This document shows, piece by piece, positions 10,142 to 20,012 of a stretch of DNA of 61,918 nucleotides. This stretch comes from Blastopirellula marina (lineage in GTDB: Bacteria; Planctomycetota; Phycisphaerae; Sedimentisphaerales; UBA12454). Both the position numbers and the translations under genes were made by a program. A model generated the notes under the pieces. The model searched no databases, was not told the origin of the DNA, and saw only the letters and a list, made by a program, of their open reading frames with translations. The stretch spans positions 1 through 61,918 of the forward strand of contig DYLR01000001.1 of assembly GCA_020721975.1 (NCBI GenBank), given 5' to 3'. How positions within the stretch are numbered: the first letter of the stretch is position 1; every line of letters starts with the position of its first letter.

Positions 10142-11623
10142 TTACTCGACAAGCTGCCCCGGATCTTCAAGGAGTCCTTTAAGAGTCTGTAAAAATTTCG
10201 CCGCCGCTACCCCGTCAATTACCCTGTGGTCAACGCTCAATGTAAGCGTCATCAGACGGGTCGGTCTTATTGCGCCGTTTTCAACTTTTATATCCTCGCG
10301 AATTGCGCCGACCGCCAGTATCGCCGACTGCGGCGGATTTATTATCGCGCTGAATTCCTCAATGCCGAACATTCCAAGATTGGTAATTGTAAATACGCCC
10401 CTGCCCATGCCTTCAATTTTGCCTTTGCGGGCGTTTTCGATAACCACCCTGCTTTGGCTGCAAAGGGCGTCAAATTTCATTTTGTCGGCGTTAAGAATTG
10501 TCGGCACAACAAGCCCGTCGTCCAGCCCGACCGCAACGCCGATATTAACCTCGGCTGATTCGACAATCCCATCCTCCTTATATTGACTGCGAAATCCGGG
10601 ATGCTGCCTTATCGCTTTGGCACAGGCTAAAACCACAAAATCATTCACCGTGCAGGCGAACTTTTGTTTTGTCTGTTTATAAAGATCAAACAGTTTTTGC
10701 GCCTCGACCGTCAGCTTGATATAAAAGTGCGGAATGTTCTGTTTTGAAAAGGCAAGATTTTGAGCTATCGCCTTGCGCATTTTACTCATCGGCAGTGTTT
10801 TAGGCCCGGCTGAAACAGCAGCGATATTTTCCAAATCGCCGGTAACTATTCGTCCCTGCGGCCCCGAACCTGTACCGAGTGCGGAAATGTCGATTCCCTT
10901 TTGCTCGGCAAGTTTTCTCGCTGCCGGCGAAATTCTTTTTCTTGCTGCATTAAAATCTTCCACGACCGCAGTTTCAGTCGCTTTTGTTTGCTGAACTGAT
11001 GCAGCCTGCGGCTGAGCCCTGACCTGGCCGATTTGAGCCGACCCGGCCGTATCGCCCGCAAGATATGCGTCAATATCAACGCCTTGGTCGGCTATATATG
11101 CCACCGGTGTTTTCACCGGTACTATCTGTCCGACCTGCGCGACTATTTTTGCCAGCCTGCCGGAATCAACCGCCTCAACCTCGATATTCGCCTTGTCGGT
11201 TTCAATTTCAAATATAATTTGTCCAACAGTAATCATATCGCCCGGCTTGACACGCCATGAAAGAATTGTACCCTCTTCCATTGTCTGCCCGGCCTGAGGC
11301 ATAAGAATCGGTATTACTTTAGCATCGGATGATTTTGGTAAATTTCCCATTTTGTCGCTCTTGTTTAAAGTGGTTTCACTATTATCCGTCGAATCGTATG
11401 CAACTGCAAATGGTTCTTCTATGCTAAATATGATTCCACGGGGTTTAAGCATCTTTATCGCTGCGAAATCCTGCGGTGATTCAATCTGCCATATATCAGA
11501 ACCCACAGAAACGGTACAAATTCGCTCAGCACGCTTCAGAGGCAACTCTTCTCCGGCCTGCCAGTCAATTATAACCGCATTGTAAAGTGCGCGAGTTTGC
11601 TTTGGTAATTTAAGATTATACAT
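10142..11623 (-). CDS. Dihydrolipoamide acyltransferase (E2) with one canonical lipoyl domain plus an N-terminal degenerate lipoyl-like domain
   Basis: Lipoyl motif IFEIETDKANIEVEA, PSBD motif ISPAARKLAEQKGIDI, catalytic motif LSVDHRVIDG. The ATG at 11623 is the likely start. The ORF-track TTG at 11686 lies in AT-rich promoter-like DNA. Confidence 0.88.
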   Translation of the reverse strand: MYNLKLPKQTRALYNAVIIDWQAGEELPLKRAERICTVSVGSDIWQIESPQDFAAIKMLKPRGIIFSIEEPFAVAYDSTDNSETTLNKSDKMGNLPKSSDAKVIPILMPQAGQTMEEGTILSWRVKPGDMITVGQIIFEIETDKANIEVEAVDSGRLAKIVAQVGQIVPVKTPVAYIADQGVDIDAYLAGDTAGSAQIGQVRAQPQAASVQQTKATETAVVEDFNAARKRISPAARKLAEQKGIDISALGTGSGPQGRIVTGDLENIAAVSAGPKTLPMSKMRKAIAQNLAFSKQNIPHFYIKLTVEAQKLFDLYKQTKQKFACTVNDFVVLACAKAIRQHPGFRSQYKEDGIVESAEVNIGVAVGLDDGLVVPTILNADKMKFDALCSQSRVVIENARKGKIEGMGRGVFTITNLGMFGIEEFSAIINPPQSAILAVGAIREDIKVENGAIRPTRLMTLTLSVDHRVIDGVAAAKFLQTLKGLLEDPGQLVE

Positions 11624-11742
11624 ATCTTCTAATAAAGACCGAATCCTTATATTTTCAAAAATACTATAAATTCTTTCATAAATCAAGCATTATTTTGCAA
11701 AATTATATTGAATTTTATGATTATAACTGATAAAATATAGAA

Positions 11743-12528
11743 ATGCTTTCGATAATGAATGAAAGAAGAGAAAAGATTCTTGCCTTTGCTTATAAGCATG
11801 GGCATGTGTCGGTGAAGGAGCTTTCCGAAACACTCGGCGTCTCAGAGGCTACGGTTCGCCGGGATTTGCATACCATTGCAACCGAGGGGCTTTTGGAACT
11901 CAATCACGGAGGAGCATCGGTCGTCAAAAATTCGGATTATTCGTTCATATCCAAATCCATGCGCAACGTCGAGGCCAAAAGAGTTATTGCCGCACTGGCA
12001 GCCGAGCTGGTCGGCGACGGCGACCAGATATTTCTCGATTCCGGCACAACCTGTTTTGAAATGGCCAAACATCTCCGAAGCAAAAAAAGTCTTTCCATCA
12101 TCGTCAATTCTGTCCGTACCGCCCAGGAGCTTCAGGCTCCGGGTCTTAATGTCCTGATGCTCGGCGGCCAGTACAGACCAGATAGAATGGATACCGTCGG
12201 ACCGATAGCCTATGAAACTCTCAATCGCCTGCGCGGCTTTGTTGCATTTCTCGGCACGGACGGTATATGCAGGGAATTCGGCTTTACCGCGATAGATATT
12301 GAAAGCGCGCATATTTTCGGCCTTGCCGTGCGGAATTCCAGAGAATCAATACTGCTGGCCGACAGCAGCAAGTTCGACAGCCCTGCTCTCTATAAGATTA
12401 CCGACATTCATTCTGTCTCCACATTGATTACTGAAAAATTGCCGTCGGAAAACTGGCAGCAGTTTTTTGAAAGCAACGGAATAAAAATAATTTGTCCTGA
12501 AACTGAAAATATAAATCTGAAAAATTAA
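11743..12528 (+). CDS. DeoR/GlpR-family transcriptional regulator
   Basis: The N-terminal HTH is VSVKELSETLGVSEATVRRDLHTIATEGLL, followed by a DeoR C-terminal sugar-phosphate sensor-like domain. It is divergent from E2 and sits 11 nt upstream of E1. Confidence 0.9.
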   Translation: MLSIMNERREKILAFAYKHGHVSVKELSETLGVSEATVRRDLHTIATEGLLELNHGGASVVKNSDYSFISKSMRNVEAKRVIAALAAELVGDGDQIFLDSGTTCFEMAKHLRSKKSLSIIVNSVRTAQELQAPGLNVLMLGGQYRPDRMDTVGPIAYETLNRLRGFVAFLGTDGICREFGFTAIDIESAHIFGLAVRNSRESILLADSSKFDSPALYKITDIHSVSTLITEKLPSENWQQFFESNGIKIICPETENINLKN

Positions 12529-12539
12529 GAGAAGAACTA

Positions 12540-15011
12540 ATGCCAAAATCACAATTTATATCTCCGCAAACCGTTCGTAAGCCTGGTTTTATTGAATTTA
12601 AGCCTGTGCCGGTCAATCAGTATAATAAAACCGTTTCACAGGAACTGCAACGTTATAAGCCCGAAGATATGATTCGCATTCAGCGGGATATGATGATTTG
12701 CCGGATGTTTGAAACCATGCTCAATGAAATCAAACTTCGCGGCTCATGGAACGGCATTGAATATACGCACAACGGCCCTGCGCATCTTTCGCTCGGTCAG
12801 GAAGCCTCTGCTGTCGGTCAGGCATTTCATTTGAACATAGACGACCACATCTACGGCAGCCACAGAAGCCACAGCGAAATTTTGGCAAAGGGACTTTCTG
12901 CAATTCAAAAACTCGACGACCAGACGTTGATGAGCATAATGAAAAATTATTTTGACGGCAAATGTCTGTCGATTGTTGAAAAGGATGCACAGGGAGGCGT
13001 AAAAGACCTGGCCATCGATTTTCTTATTTACGGCACGCTTGCGGAAATATTTGGCCGCAGGGCAGGTTTCAATAAAGGCATGGGCGGCTCAATGCACGCA
13101 TTCTTTCCGCCTTTCGGCATATACCCCAATAACGCCATTGTCGGCGGCAGCGGCGATATAGCCGTCGGAGCAGCTTTATTTAAAAAACTAAATCAAAAGC
13201 CCGGCATAATCATCGCAAATATCGGTGACGCATCCAGCGCGTGCGGCCCGGTGTGGGAGGGCATTTGCTTTGCCACGATGGACCAGTTTAAAAAACTGTG
13301 GGAAAAACCATACAAAGGCGGACTGCCGATAATTATTAATTTCGTCAATAATTTCTACGGCATGGGCGGTCAGCCTTTCGGCGAAACAATGGGCTTTGAA
13401 ATCCTCGCCCGTCTCGGCGCAGGCATAAACCCCGAACAGATGCACAGCGAAAGAGTTGACGGCTATAATCCGCTTGCCGTGGCCGATGCTATCCTGCGAA
13501 AAAGACAAATCATTGAAAAAGGCAACGGCCCGGTTCTGCTGGATACTATTACGTATCGTTACAGCGGACATTCGCCGTCCGACCAGAACAGCTATCGAGA
13601 CAAGGAAGAAATCGACGCATGGAAGCAGTACGACCCTATTGAAACATTTGCAAAAAGTCTCGTCGAAGCAAAGGTCTGCGACCAAAACGTTATTGACAAA
13701 ATTCACAAAAAAATCGAATCGCTGATGATAAAGGCCTGCCGAAAGGCGGTTGACCTGACTATTTCGCCGCGGGAAGACCTGAAAAAAGTTAATTGCCTGC
13801 TCGAAAAGACAATGCTGTCCAATCAGAAAATCGAGTCGCTGGACACAAAACGCAAATGCGAAACGCTGCTTGCAAGACAGGATAATCCGAGGATTAAGAG
13901 TTTCGCCTCGAAAAGCCGCTCGGCTTTCGATGAGACCGGCCTGCGACTCAAGGATTCACGCTGTTTAGGCATAAGAGACGCCATTTTTGAGGCCATTCTC
14001 GACTATTTTTATATTGACCCGACATTAGTTGCTTATGGCGAAGAAAACCGCGACTGGGGCGGAGCGTTCGCAGTTTACAGAGGTCTTACCGAGGCACTGC
14101 CGTACCATCGCCTTTTCAATTCGCCCATTTCCGAGGGAGCGATTATCGGCACGGCTGTCGGCTATGCGCTTGAAGGCGGCAGGGTTATACCGGAGCTGAT
14201 GTACTGCGATTTTATGGGCAGAGCAGGCGATGAAATTTTCAACCAGCTTTCCAAATGGCAGTCGATGAGCGGCGGCCTTTTGAAAATGCCGGTTGTCGTC
14301 CGTGTTTCGGTAGGCAGCAAATACGGCGCGCAGCACAGCCAGGACTGGACTTCGATTTGTGCGCATATTCCAGGGCTTAAAGTAGTGTTTCCCGCAACGC
14401 CTTATGACGCAAAAGGTCTGATGTACTCGGCGCTGAACGGCACAGACCCCGTGATATTTTTTGAAAGTCAGCGGCTGTACGGCCAGCCGGAGGAATTCGT
14501 AAATGGCGGCATACCCGAAGGCCGTTATGAAGTGCCGATTGGCGAACCGGTAATTCGCACACAGGGCAAAGACCTGACGATACTTACAATCGGTGCGACG
14601 TTATACCGGGCAATAACTGCGGCTAAGGAAATGCAGGAAAAGTACGGCGTATTGTGCGAAATAATTGATGCTCGCAGCCTTGTGCCGTTCAATTATGAAC
14701 TCGTTTTGAGTTCGGTGAAAAAAACACATAAGATTCTTCTGGCATCGGACGCCTGCGAACGCGGCAGTTTCCTGCATACGATGGCTTCAAATATTACACA
14801 GATGGCCTTTGATGAACTGGATGCGCCGCCTGCGGTGGTCGGCGCACGCAACTGGATTACTCCGCCTGATGAAATCGAAGACGCCTTTTTCCCATATCCG
14901 ACCGATATTCTTGATGCAGTGCATACGCATATCATGCCGCTGAAAGGCTATTCGGTAAAACGTGAAAATTCCGTTGCCGACCTGATTCGCCGCAGCCAAC
15001 TTGGAATTTAA
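12540..15011 (+). CDS. TPP-dependent 2-oxoacid/acetoin dehydrogenase E1 component, fused alpha and beta subunits
   Basis: 823 aa. The alpha part has GMGGSMH and IGDASSACGPVWEG...NNFYGMGG. The beta part has ENRDWGGAFAVYRGL, NSPISEGAIIG and ARSLVPFNYE. Confidence 0.88.
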   Translation: MPKSQFISPQTVRKPGFIEFKPVPVNQYNKTVSQELQRYKPEDMIRIQRDMMICRMFETMLNEIKLRGSWNGIEYTHNGPAHLSLGQEASAVGQAFHLNIDDHIYGSHRSHSEILAKGLSAIQKLDDQTLMSIMKNYFDGKCLSIVEKDAQGGVKDLAIDFLIYGTLAEIFGRRAGFNKGMGGSMHAFFPPFGIYPNNAIVGGSGDIAVGAALFKKLNQKPGIIIANIGDASSACGPVWEGICFATMDQFKKLWEKPYKGGLPIIINFVNNFYGMGGQPFGETMGFEILARLGAGINPEQMHSERVDGYNPLAVADAILRKRQIIEKGNGPVLLDTITYRYSGHSPSDQNSYRDKEEIDAWKQYDPIETFAKSLVEAKVCDQNVIDKIHKKIESLMIKACRKAVDLTISPREDLKKVNCLLEKTMLSNQKIESLDTKRKCETLLARQDNPRIKSFASKSRSAFDETGLRLKDSRCLGIRDAIFEAILDYFYIDPTLVAYGEENRDWGGAFAVYRGLTEALPYHRLFNSPISEGAIIGTAVGYALEGGRVIPELMYCDFMGRAGDEIFNQLSKWQSMSGGLLKMPVVVRVSVGSKYGAQHSQDWTSICAHIPGLKVVFPATPYDAKGLMYSALNGTDPVIFFESQRLYGQPEEFVNGGIPEGRYEVPIGEPVIRTQGKDLTILTIGATLYRAITAAKEMQEKYGVLCEIIDARSLVPFNYELVLSSVKKTHKILLASDACERGSFLHTMASNITQMAFDELDAPPAVVGARNWITPPDEIEDAFFPYPTDILDAVHTHIMPLKGYSVKRENSVADLIRRSQLGI

Positions 15012-15121
15012 TCCGGCTTTAAATATTGCAAATAATCGGTTGAAAAATAAAAGCCGCCACTGGCACAGAAAGGGTTATGATAGTGCGATTATCGCCTGCC
15101 ATACGAACGCAACTTGTGTAA

Positions 15122-15195
<74 letters not shown>

Positions 15196-15244
15196 ATAAA
15201 TATTCAAATTCTACAAAAGAAGAATATAACTATTCAACAATCAA

Positions 15245-15664
15245 TTATCGCAGATGCCGCAAAATTTTTTCGGTTATCTGCTGCAATTCGCCGGAACCAT
15301 ATTTAAATGCCGGCCAGCTATTAAAAACGCCATCGCTGTGCTTTCGCGGTATTATATGAAAATGAACATGATTTACCAGCTGCCCGGCTGCTCTGCCGTT
15401 ATTGCACAACACATTATAGCCGTCTGCTTCCATAGCGCCATAAACCGCAGCGGCTATTTTGGGCAAAACTTCAGCAACAGAACTAAGCACGTCAGCCGGA
15501 CATTCATGCACCATTTGATAATGGCTTTTGGGAATCACAAGCGTATGTCCGCTGCTTACCGGGCCGATATCGAGAAAGGCCAGCACATTTTTATTTTCAT
15601 ATATTTTTGCAGACGGAATTTCGCCGGAAACAATTTTGCAAAAAATACAGTCCTGTCCGTTCAT
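15245..15664 (-). CDS. HIT-family (histidine triad) nucleotide hydrolase
   Basis: Motifs CIFCKIVSGEIPS...GHTLVIPK...NHVHFHIIPR (HxHxHxx motif). Confidence 0.9.
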   Translation of the reverse strand: MNGQDCIFCKIVSGEIPSAKIYENKNVLAFLDIGPVSSGHTLVIPKSHYQMVHECPADVLSSVAEVLPKIAAAVYGAMEADGYNVLCNNGRAAGQLVNHVHFHIIPRKHSDGVFNSWPAFKYGSGELQQITEKILRHLR

Positions 15665-15678
15665 TTTGTTAAAATCTC

Positions 15679-16155
15679 TTATTTATCCGTCTTTGGCTTT
15701 GAAGCCTCGCCCTTTTTTTTCTTTGCGGGCTGCTGCTCTTTGCTGGCTTTGGTTTCATTGCCTACAAACTGCATCAAAACAAGCCGGCCATTATCGCCGA
15801 GGCGGGTATTTGAAAGTTTTATAATCCTTGTGTATCCGCCTTTTCTGTCGATATACCGCGGGCCGATTTCGCTGAACAGTTTACCGATAATTGTGCCTTT
15901 CTTTTCAAGCACGCCGTCTTTTTCAACAAGAATATCCCTGTCATTAAGCAATGCCACAGCACGCCTGCGAGAGGCCAGATCGCCTTTGCGGGCCAAAGTT
16001 ACGAGCTTTTCAACAAAGCTTTTTACGTGTTTCGCCTTTGGCAAAGTGGTAGAAATAGTTTCGTGTTCAATCAGCGACTGCGCAAGATTTCTGCGCAAGG
16101 CGATTCTGTGTTCGCTGGTTCTGTTTAATTGTCCGCCTGCTACTTTATGGCGCAT
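15679..16155 (-). CDS. rplQ: 50S ribosomal protein L17 with a Lys-rich C-terminal tail
   Basis: MRHKVAGGQLNRTSEHRIALRRNLAQSLIEHE... Located directly after rpoA. Confidence 0.95.
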   Translation of the reverse strand: MRHKVAGGQLNRTSEHRIALRRNLAQSLIEHETISTTLPKAKHVKSFVEKLVTLARKGDLASRRRAVALLNDRDILVEKDGVLEKKGTIIGKLFSEIGPRYIDRKGGYTRIIKLSNTRLGDNGRLVLMQFVGNETKASKEQQPAKKKKGEASKPKTDK

Positions 16156-16187
16156 AGTTAAAATCCCGTCGTAAATCAGAATAAAAT

Positions 16188-17189
16188 TTAATCAATACCG
16201 GTCATACCGAGCGAAAGCCCCATATCCTCGAGCTTTCTGGTAATCTCGCGCAGCGTGGTTTTGCCGAAGCTGCGGAGTTTCAGAAGGTCCGCATCGGTCA
16301 TTTTAACAAGCTGTTTGACCGTTTCAATATTACTGGCCTCGAGGCAATTGCTTGCCCGTACGCTAAGTTCCATTTCCTGAATGGGCATAAGAAGCTTGGC
16401 TTTGAGATCGTCGTTCAAATCGGGCTTTGCCGTCTCTTCCATGGAAACTTCTTCGTCAACGGTCTGCTCGCCCATTTCAAAATACTGCACGAACGGATTC
16501 GTATGTTTGCGGAGAATTTTCCCGGCTTCCACAAGAGCCATCTCCGGAGTAATCGTGCCGTCCGTCCATATTTCCAAAATCAGCCTGTCGTAGTTGGTGC
16601 GCTGGCCAACGCGAGTGTCTTCCGTTTTATACCTTACCCTGCGAACAGGCGAAAAAGCTGCATCGATTTCAATACGACCGATTTCCTGGTCAAATCTGTC
16701 CGCTTCGGCGAGTCTTTCGGCAACGGGCGAATAGCCCCTGCCGTTTTCGACTTCCATTTCCATTTCAAACCTGATGTCGCGCGTCAGCGTAGCAAGGACA
16801 TTATCCTTGTTGATAATTTCAATCGTCGGGGGACATTGAATCTGGCCGGCCTTTAGTTCGCCGGCTTTTTCAGAGCAAATCCGAACAGTCTTTTTTCCCT
16901 CGCAGGTCTTGCGAATTATAAGACTTTTAACATTAAGCACGATATTTGTAACATCTTCCACCACACCGTCAAGGCTTGTGAACTCATGGTCTGCGCCGGT
17001 GATTTTGATTGACGTAACCGCCGCTCCTTCCAGAGAAGACAGCAGCACCCGTCTCAAAGAGTTTCCTATCGTTGTGCCGAAGCCTCTCTCGAAAGGCTCA
17101 ATATAAAACCGTCCATAGTTTTCCGTTGATACGGCTTTGTCCCGTTCAACTCTTGTGGGCAATTCCAGCCCTCTCCAGTTTATTCGCAT
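16188..17189 (-). CDS. rpoA: DNA-directed RNA polymerase alpha subunit
   Basis: 333 aa. Has GFGTTIGNSLRRVLLSS and a C-terminal domain SVRASNCL...LREI. Alpha-operon position. Confidence 0.95.
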   Translation of the reverse strand: MRINWRGLELPTRVERDKAVSTENYGRFYIEPFERGFGTTIGNSLRRVLLSSLEGAAVTSIKITGADHEFTSLDGVVEDVTNIVLNVKSLIIRKTCEGKKTVRICSEKAGELKAGQIQCPPTIEIINKDNVLATLTRDIRFEMEMEVENGRGYSPVAERLAEADRFDQEIGRIEIDAAFSPVRRVRYKTEDTRVGQRTNYDRLILEIWTDGTITPEMALVEAGKILRKHTNPFVQYFEMGEQTVDEEVSMEETAKPDLNDDLKAKLLMPIQEMELSVRASNCLEASNIETVKQLVKMTDADLLKLRSFGKTTLREITRKLEDMGLSLGMTGID

Positions 17190-17279
17190 ATTACGGCCTC
17201 CAAAAAATACCGGGCGTTCTCAGCGGCCAACCTGCCGGCCGGCGGCAAAATCTTCCGCTATCTGCTGCCCGTTCGGTTA

Positions 17280-17915
17280 TTATCTCGAACAAAATTCTAT
17301 TACCAGCTGTTCTTCCACCGGCAGTTGTACATCCTGCCGACTCGGCATAGCCACAACGGTGGCCATAGGCGTATCGGGGTCGAGCTGAAGCCACGGCTGT
17401 GCCGTAAAACTCGTATTGGTGGCCAACTGGTCCTTGATTCGCTTTTTGCTTTTTTCCGCGTTTTTGAGCGTTATTTTATCGCCGATACTTACCGCAAAAT
17501 CCGGAATATCAACCTTGCGTCCGTTTACATAAATATGGCCGTGAGCGATAATCTGACGGGCCGCTTTCCGCGACGGTGCAAAGTTCAGTTTATAAACCAC
17601 GTTGTCGAGTCTGCGTTCCAGCAGCATCAGCAGCGTTTCTCCGGTATTGCCTTTTATCCGCTCGGCCTTTGAAACATACCGCATAAACTGCTTTTCAGCC
17701 ACGCCGTAATACCGTTTGACCTTTTGTTTTTCCCGCAGACGAACGGCGTAATCACTGCCGCGGCCGCGATGCCAGCCGTGCTGGCCGGGAGCAAGACCTG
17801 CCCGCTGTTTTTTCTCGACGGGGCATTTTGCGGTCTCACAGCGAACGCCCTTCAGCATCAGCTTCATGCCTTCGCGCCGGCACAGTCTGCAGTTTGGACG
17901 AAGATAACGACTCAT
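17280..17915 (-). CDS. rpsD: 30S ribosomal protein S4
   Basis: MSRYLRPNCRLCRREGMKL... with an S4 RNA-binding domain RLDNVVY. Confidence 0.95.
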   Translation of the reverse strand: MSRYLRPNCRLCRREGMKLMLKGVRCETAKCPVEKKQRAGLAPGQHGWHRGRGSDYAVRLREKQKVKRYYGVAEKQFMRYVSKAERIKGNTGETLLMLLERRLDNVVYKLNFAPSRKAARQIIAHGHIYVNGRKVDIPDFAVSIGDKITLKNAEKSKKRIKDQLATNTSFTAQPWLQLDPDTPMATVVAMPSRQDVQLPVEEQLVIEFCSR

Positions 17916-17965
17916 TATATTTTACCTCTAAAGCTCTATCAGAAAACAGTAAATCAAAATTTTCC

Positions 17966-18346
17966 CTATACTCTTCTTTTCTTGGGCGGTCTGCATCCAT
18001 TGTGCGGAATCGGGGTAACATCTTCAATTGAGGCTATCCGCAGGCCTGCCGCCTGAATGGCGGATATGGCCGATTCTCTGCCGCCTCCGGGGCCTTTGAC
18101 CCTTACTTCCACCTCCCGGACTCCGAACCGCTTTGCAGTGTTTGCACACTTTTCAGAAGCTCTCTGAGCGGCAAAGGGGGTGCTTTTTCGAGAGCCTTTA
18201 AAACCCACCGTGCCGCTGGAGTCCCTGCAAATCGTATCGCCCTGCTGATCGGTAATCGTAATAATGGTATTGTTGAACGACGCCCTGATGTGTACGATTG
18301 CCTTTGCAACGTTTTTAACACTTTTTTTCTTGCTTACCTTTGCCAT
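17966..18346 (-). CDS. rpsK: 30S ribosomal protein S11
   Basis: Motifs [48 protein letters not shown]. Confidence 0.95.
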   Translation of the reverse strand: MAKVSKKKSVKNVAKAIVHIRASFNNTIITITDQQGDTICRDSSGTVGFKGSRKSTPFAAQRASEKCANTAKRFGVREVEVRVKGPGGGRESAISAIQAAGLRIASIEDVTPIPHNGCRPPKKRRV

Positions 18347-18371
18347 TTAATTCCACGCCTTTTTTAATAAG

Positions 18372-18758
18372 CTATCCACGCATTTCCTTAACGCTCTGTT
18401 TGCCGGCAACCGTTTTCCGTTTGCCCTTCCTTGTTCGGGCATTGCTTTGTGTCTGCTGGCCGCGAACAGGCAGACCCTTTCTGTGCCGTACGCCGCGATA
18501 ACAGCCGATTTCCTTAAGACGCAAAATGTCCTGTGAAACGCGTCTGCGGAGCTGGCCTTCGACAGCATAATCGCGGTCGATGGTCTGGGCTATTTTTGTT
18601 ACTTCTTCTTCGCTGAGCTTTCCGGCCCTGATATTCATATCTATTCCCAGCTCGGTGAGTATCTTTCTGGCGGAAAACTGCCCGATGCCGTGAATATAAG
18701 TAAGGGCTATCCAAATCGGTTTTTCATTCGGAACGTCTACACCAACAATACGAGGCAT
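18372..18758 (-). CDS. rpsM: 30S ribosomal protein S13
   Basis: [26 protein letters not shown]... The start is taken at the MPRI Met, 5 codons inside the ORF-track start. Confidence 0.93.
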   Translation of the reverse strand: MPRIVGVDVPNEKPIWIALTYIHGIGQFSARKILTELGIDMNIRAGKLSEEEVTKIAQTIDRDYAVEGQLRRRVSQDILRLKEIGCYRGVRHRKGLPVRGQQTQSNARTRKGKRKTVAGKQSVKEMRG

Positions 18759-18790
18759 TATTTTATCCCTCAAAACTCACAAAAAATCGC

Positions 18791-18907
18791 TCAACCCTGC
18801 TTTTGCTTGTGGCGGGGGTTGGACGAGCAAATTATACGCACAACGCCCTTGCGCCGCACAAGTTTGCAGTTTTCACATATTCTCTTTACGCTGCTTCTGA
18901 CTTTCAT
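18791..18907 (-). CDS. rpmJ: 50S ribosomal protein L36
   Basis: Hand-translated 38 aa: [38 protein letters not shown]. Too short for the ORF track. Confidence 0.93.
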   Translation of the reverse strand: MKVRSSVKRICENCKLVRRKGVVRIICSSNPRHKQKQG

Positions 18908-18966
18908 AATTCAACCTTCACATAAAAACGGTTTTCACCGTTGTTTTTAAGTCTGCGGCAGTAATT

Positions 18967-19182
18967 TTAGTTCCTTAGAACTATTCTGCCTTTTGTCAAA
19001 TCATAAGGCGACATTTCTATAGTTACCGTATCCCCGGCCAGAATGCGTATAAAGTGCATTCTCATCTTGCCGGAAACATGGGCTATTATGCGATGTCCGT
19101 TTTCAAGTTCCACTCTGAACATCGCATTCGGCAAAGCCTCAAGCACCTTGCCCTGAATTCTTATCGCATCTTGCTTCGGCAT
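18967..19182 (-). CDS. infA: Translation initiation factor IF-1
   Basis: [51 protein letters not shown] (S1-like fold signature). Confidence 0.95.
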   Translation of the reverse strand: MPKQDAIRIQGKVLEALPNAMFRVELENGHRIIAHVSGKMRMHFIRILAGDTVTIEMSPYDLTKGRIVLRN

Positions 19183-19222
19183 AGCCTTTTGCATTTATAT
19201 ACAAGCCGCACAACCTGTGCGG

Positions 19223-20011
19223 TTAATTCCCGGCCGGTTTTGTAAGCACTTCACAGCCGTCGGCCGTAATGACTATCGTATGCTCATAATGAGCCGAACA
19301 TTTGCCGTCGGATGTAACCACCGTCCAGCCGTCGCGTAGCGTGCGGACCCGGGAACTGCCCATGTTTACCATAGGCTCAATCGCCATAATCATACCTTCC
19401 CTGAGTATTATATCGCTCCTGAGCAGCTCATCGCTTACAAAATTCGGAATTTTCGGGTCTTCATGCATCTGTCTGCCGATGCCGTGGCCGACAAAATCCG
19501 TTACCACTGAAAAGCCCGCTGATTCGGCGGCATCCTGCATTTTCGCTGCTATCGTACTCCATCTGACACACGGCCTTGCCCCTGCTATCGCTATTTCGAG
19601 CATATTTTCCGTTACAGTCATCAGTTTTTTACGCTGGGCGTCAACCTCGCCTATCGCAACGGTAATGGCCGCATCGGCACAATAGCCGTCTTTTCTTGCG
19701 CCGTAATCTATACTCAGCATATCGCCCTGTTTGAGCCTTACCTTGTCCGACGGTATGCCGTGAACTACCTGCTCATTTATCGACGTGCATATCACACCCG
19801 GAAAGGGTCTGGCGGCATAAGGACTTTCAACGCCCTTAAAAAGCGCCTCGGCGCCTGCGGCCAAAGCAATCTGTTCGGCAATCTGGTTTAAGTAAGCCGT
19901 GCTTACTCCGGGCATTGCCGCCTCTTTAAGTTTTAAAAGAACCTCGGCTACAACCTCGCCGGCTTTTTTGACAAGTTCAATCTCTCTGCGACTTCTTAAT
20001 ATCACAGCCAT
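19223..20011 (-). CDS. map: Methionine aminopeptidase type I
   Basis: REIELVKKAGEVV...VCTSINEQVVHGIP...FVGHGIG...AHYEHTIVIT. The start MAVILRS at 20011 is 1 nt from the adk stop. Confidence 0.92.
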   Translation of the reverse strand: MAVILRSRREIELVKKAGEVVAEVLLKLKEAAMPGVSTAYLNQIAEQIALAAGAEALFKGVESPYAARPFPGVICTSINEQVVHGIPSDKVRLKQGDMLSIDYGARKDGYCADAAITVAIGEVDAQRKKLMTVTENMLEIAIAGARPCVRWSTIAAKMQDAAESAGFSVVTDFVGHGIGRQMHEDPKIPNFVSDELLRSDIILREGMIMAIEPMVNMGSSRVRTLRDGWTVVTSDGKCSAHYEHTIVITADGCEVLTKPAGN

Positions 20012-20012
20012 T

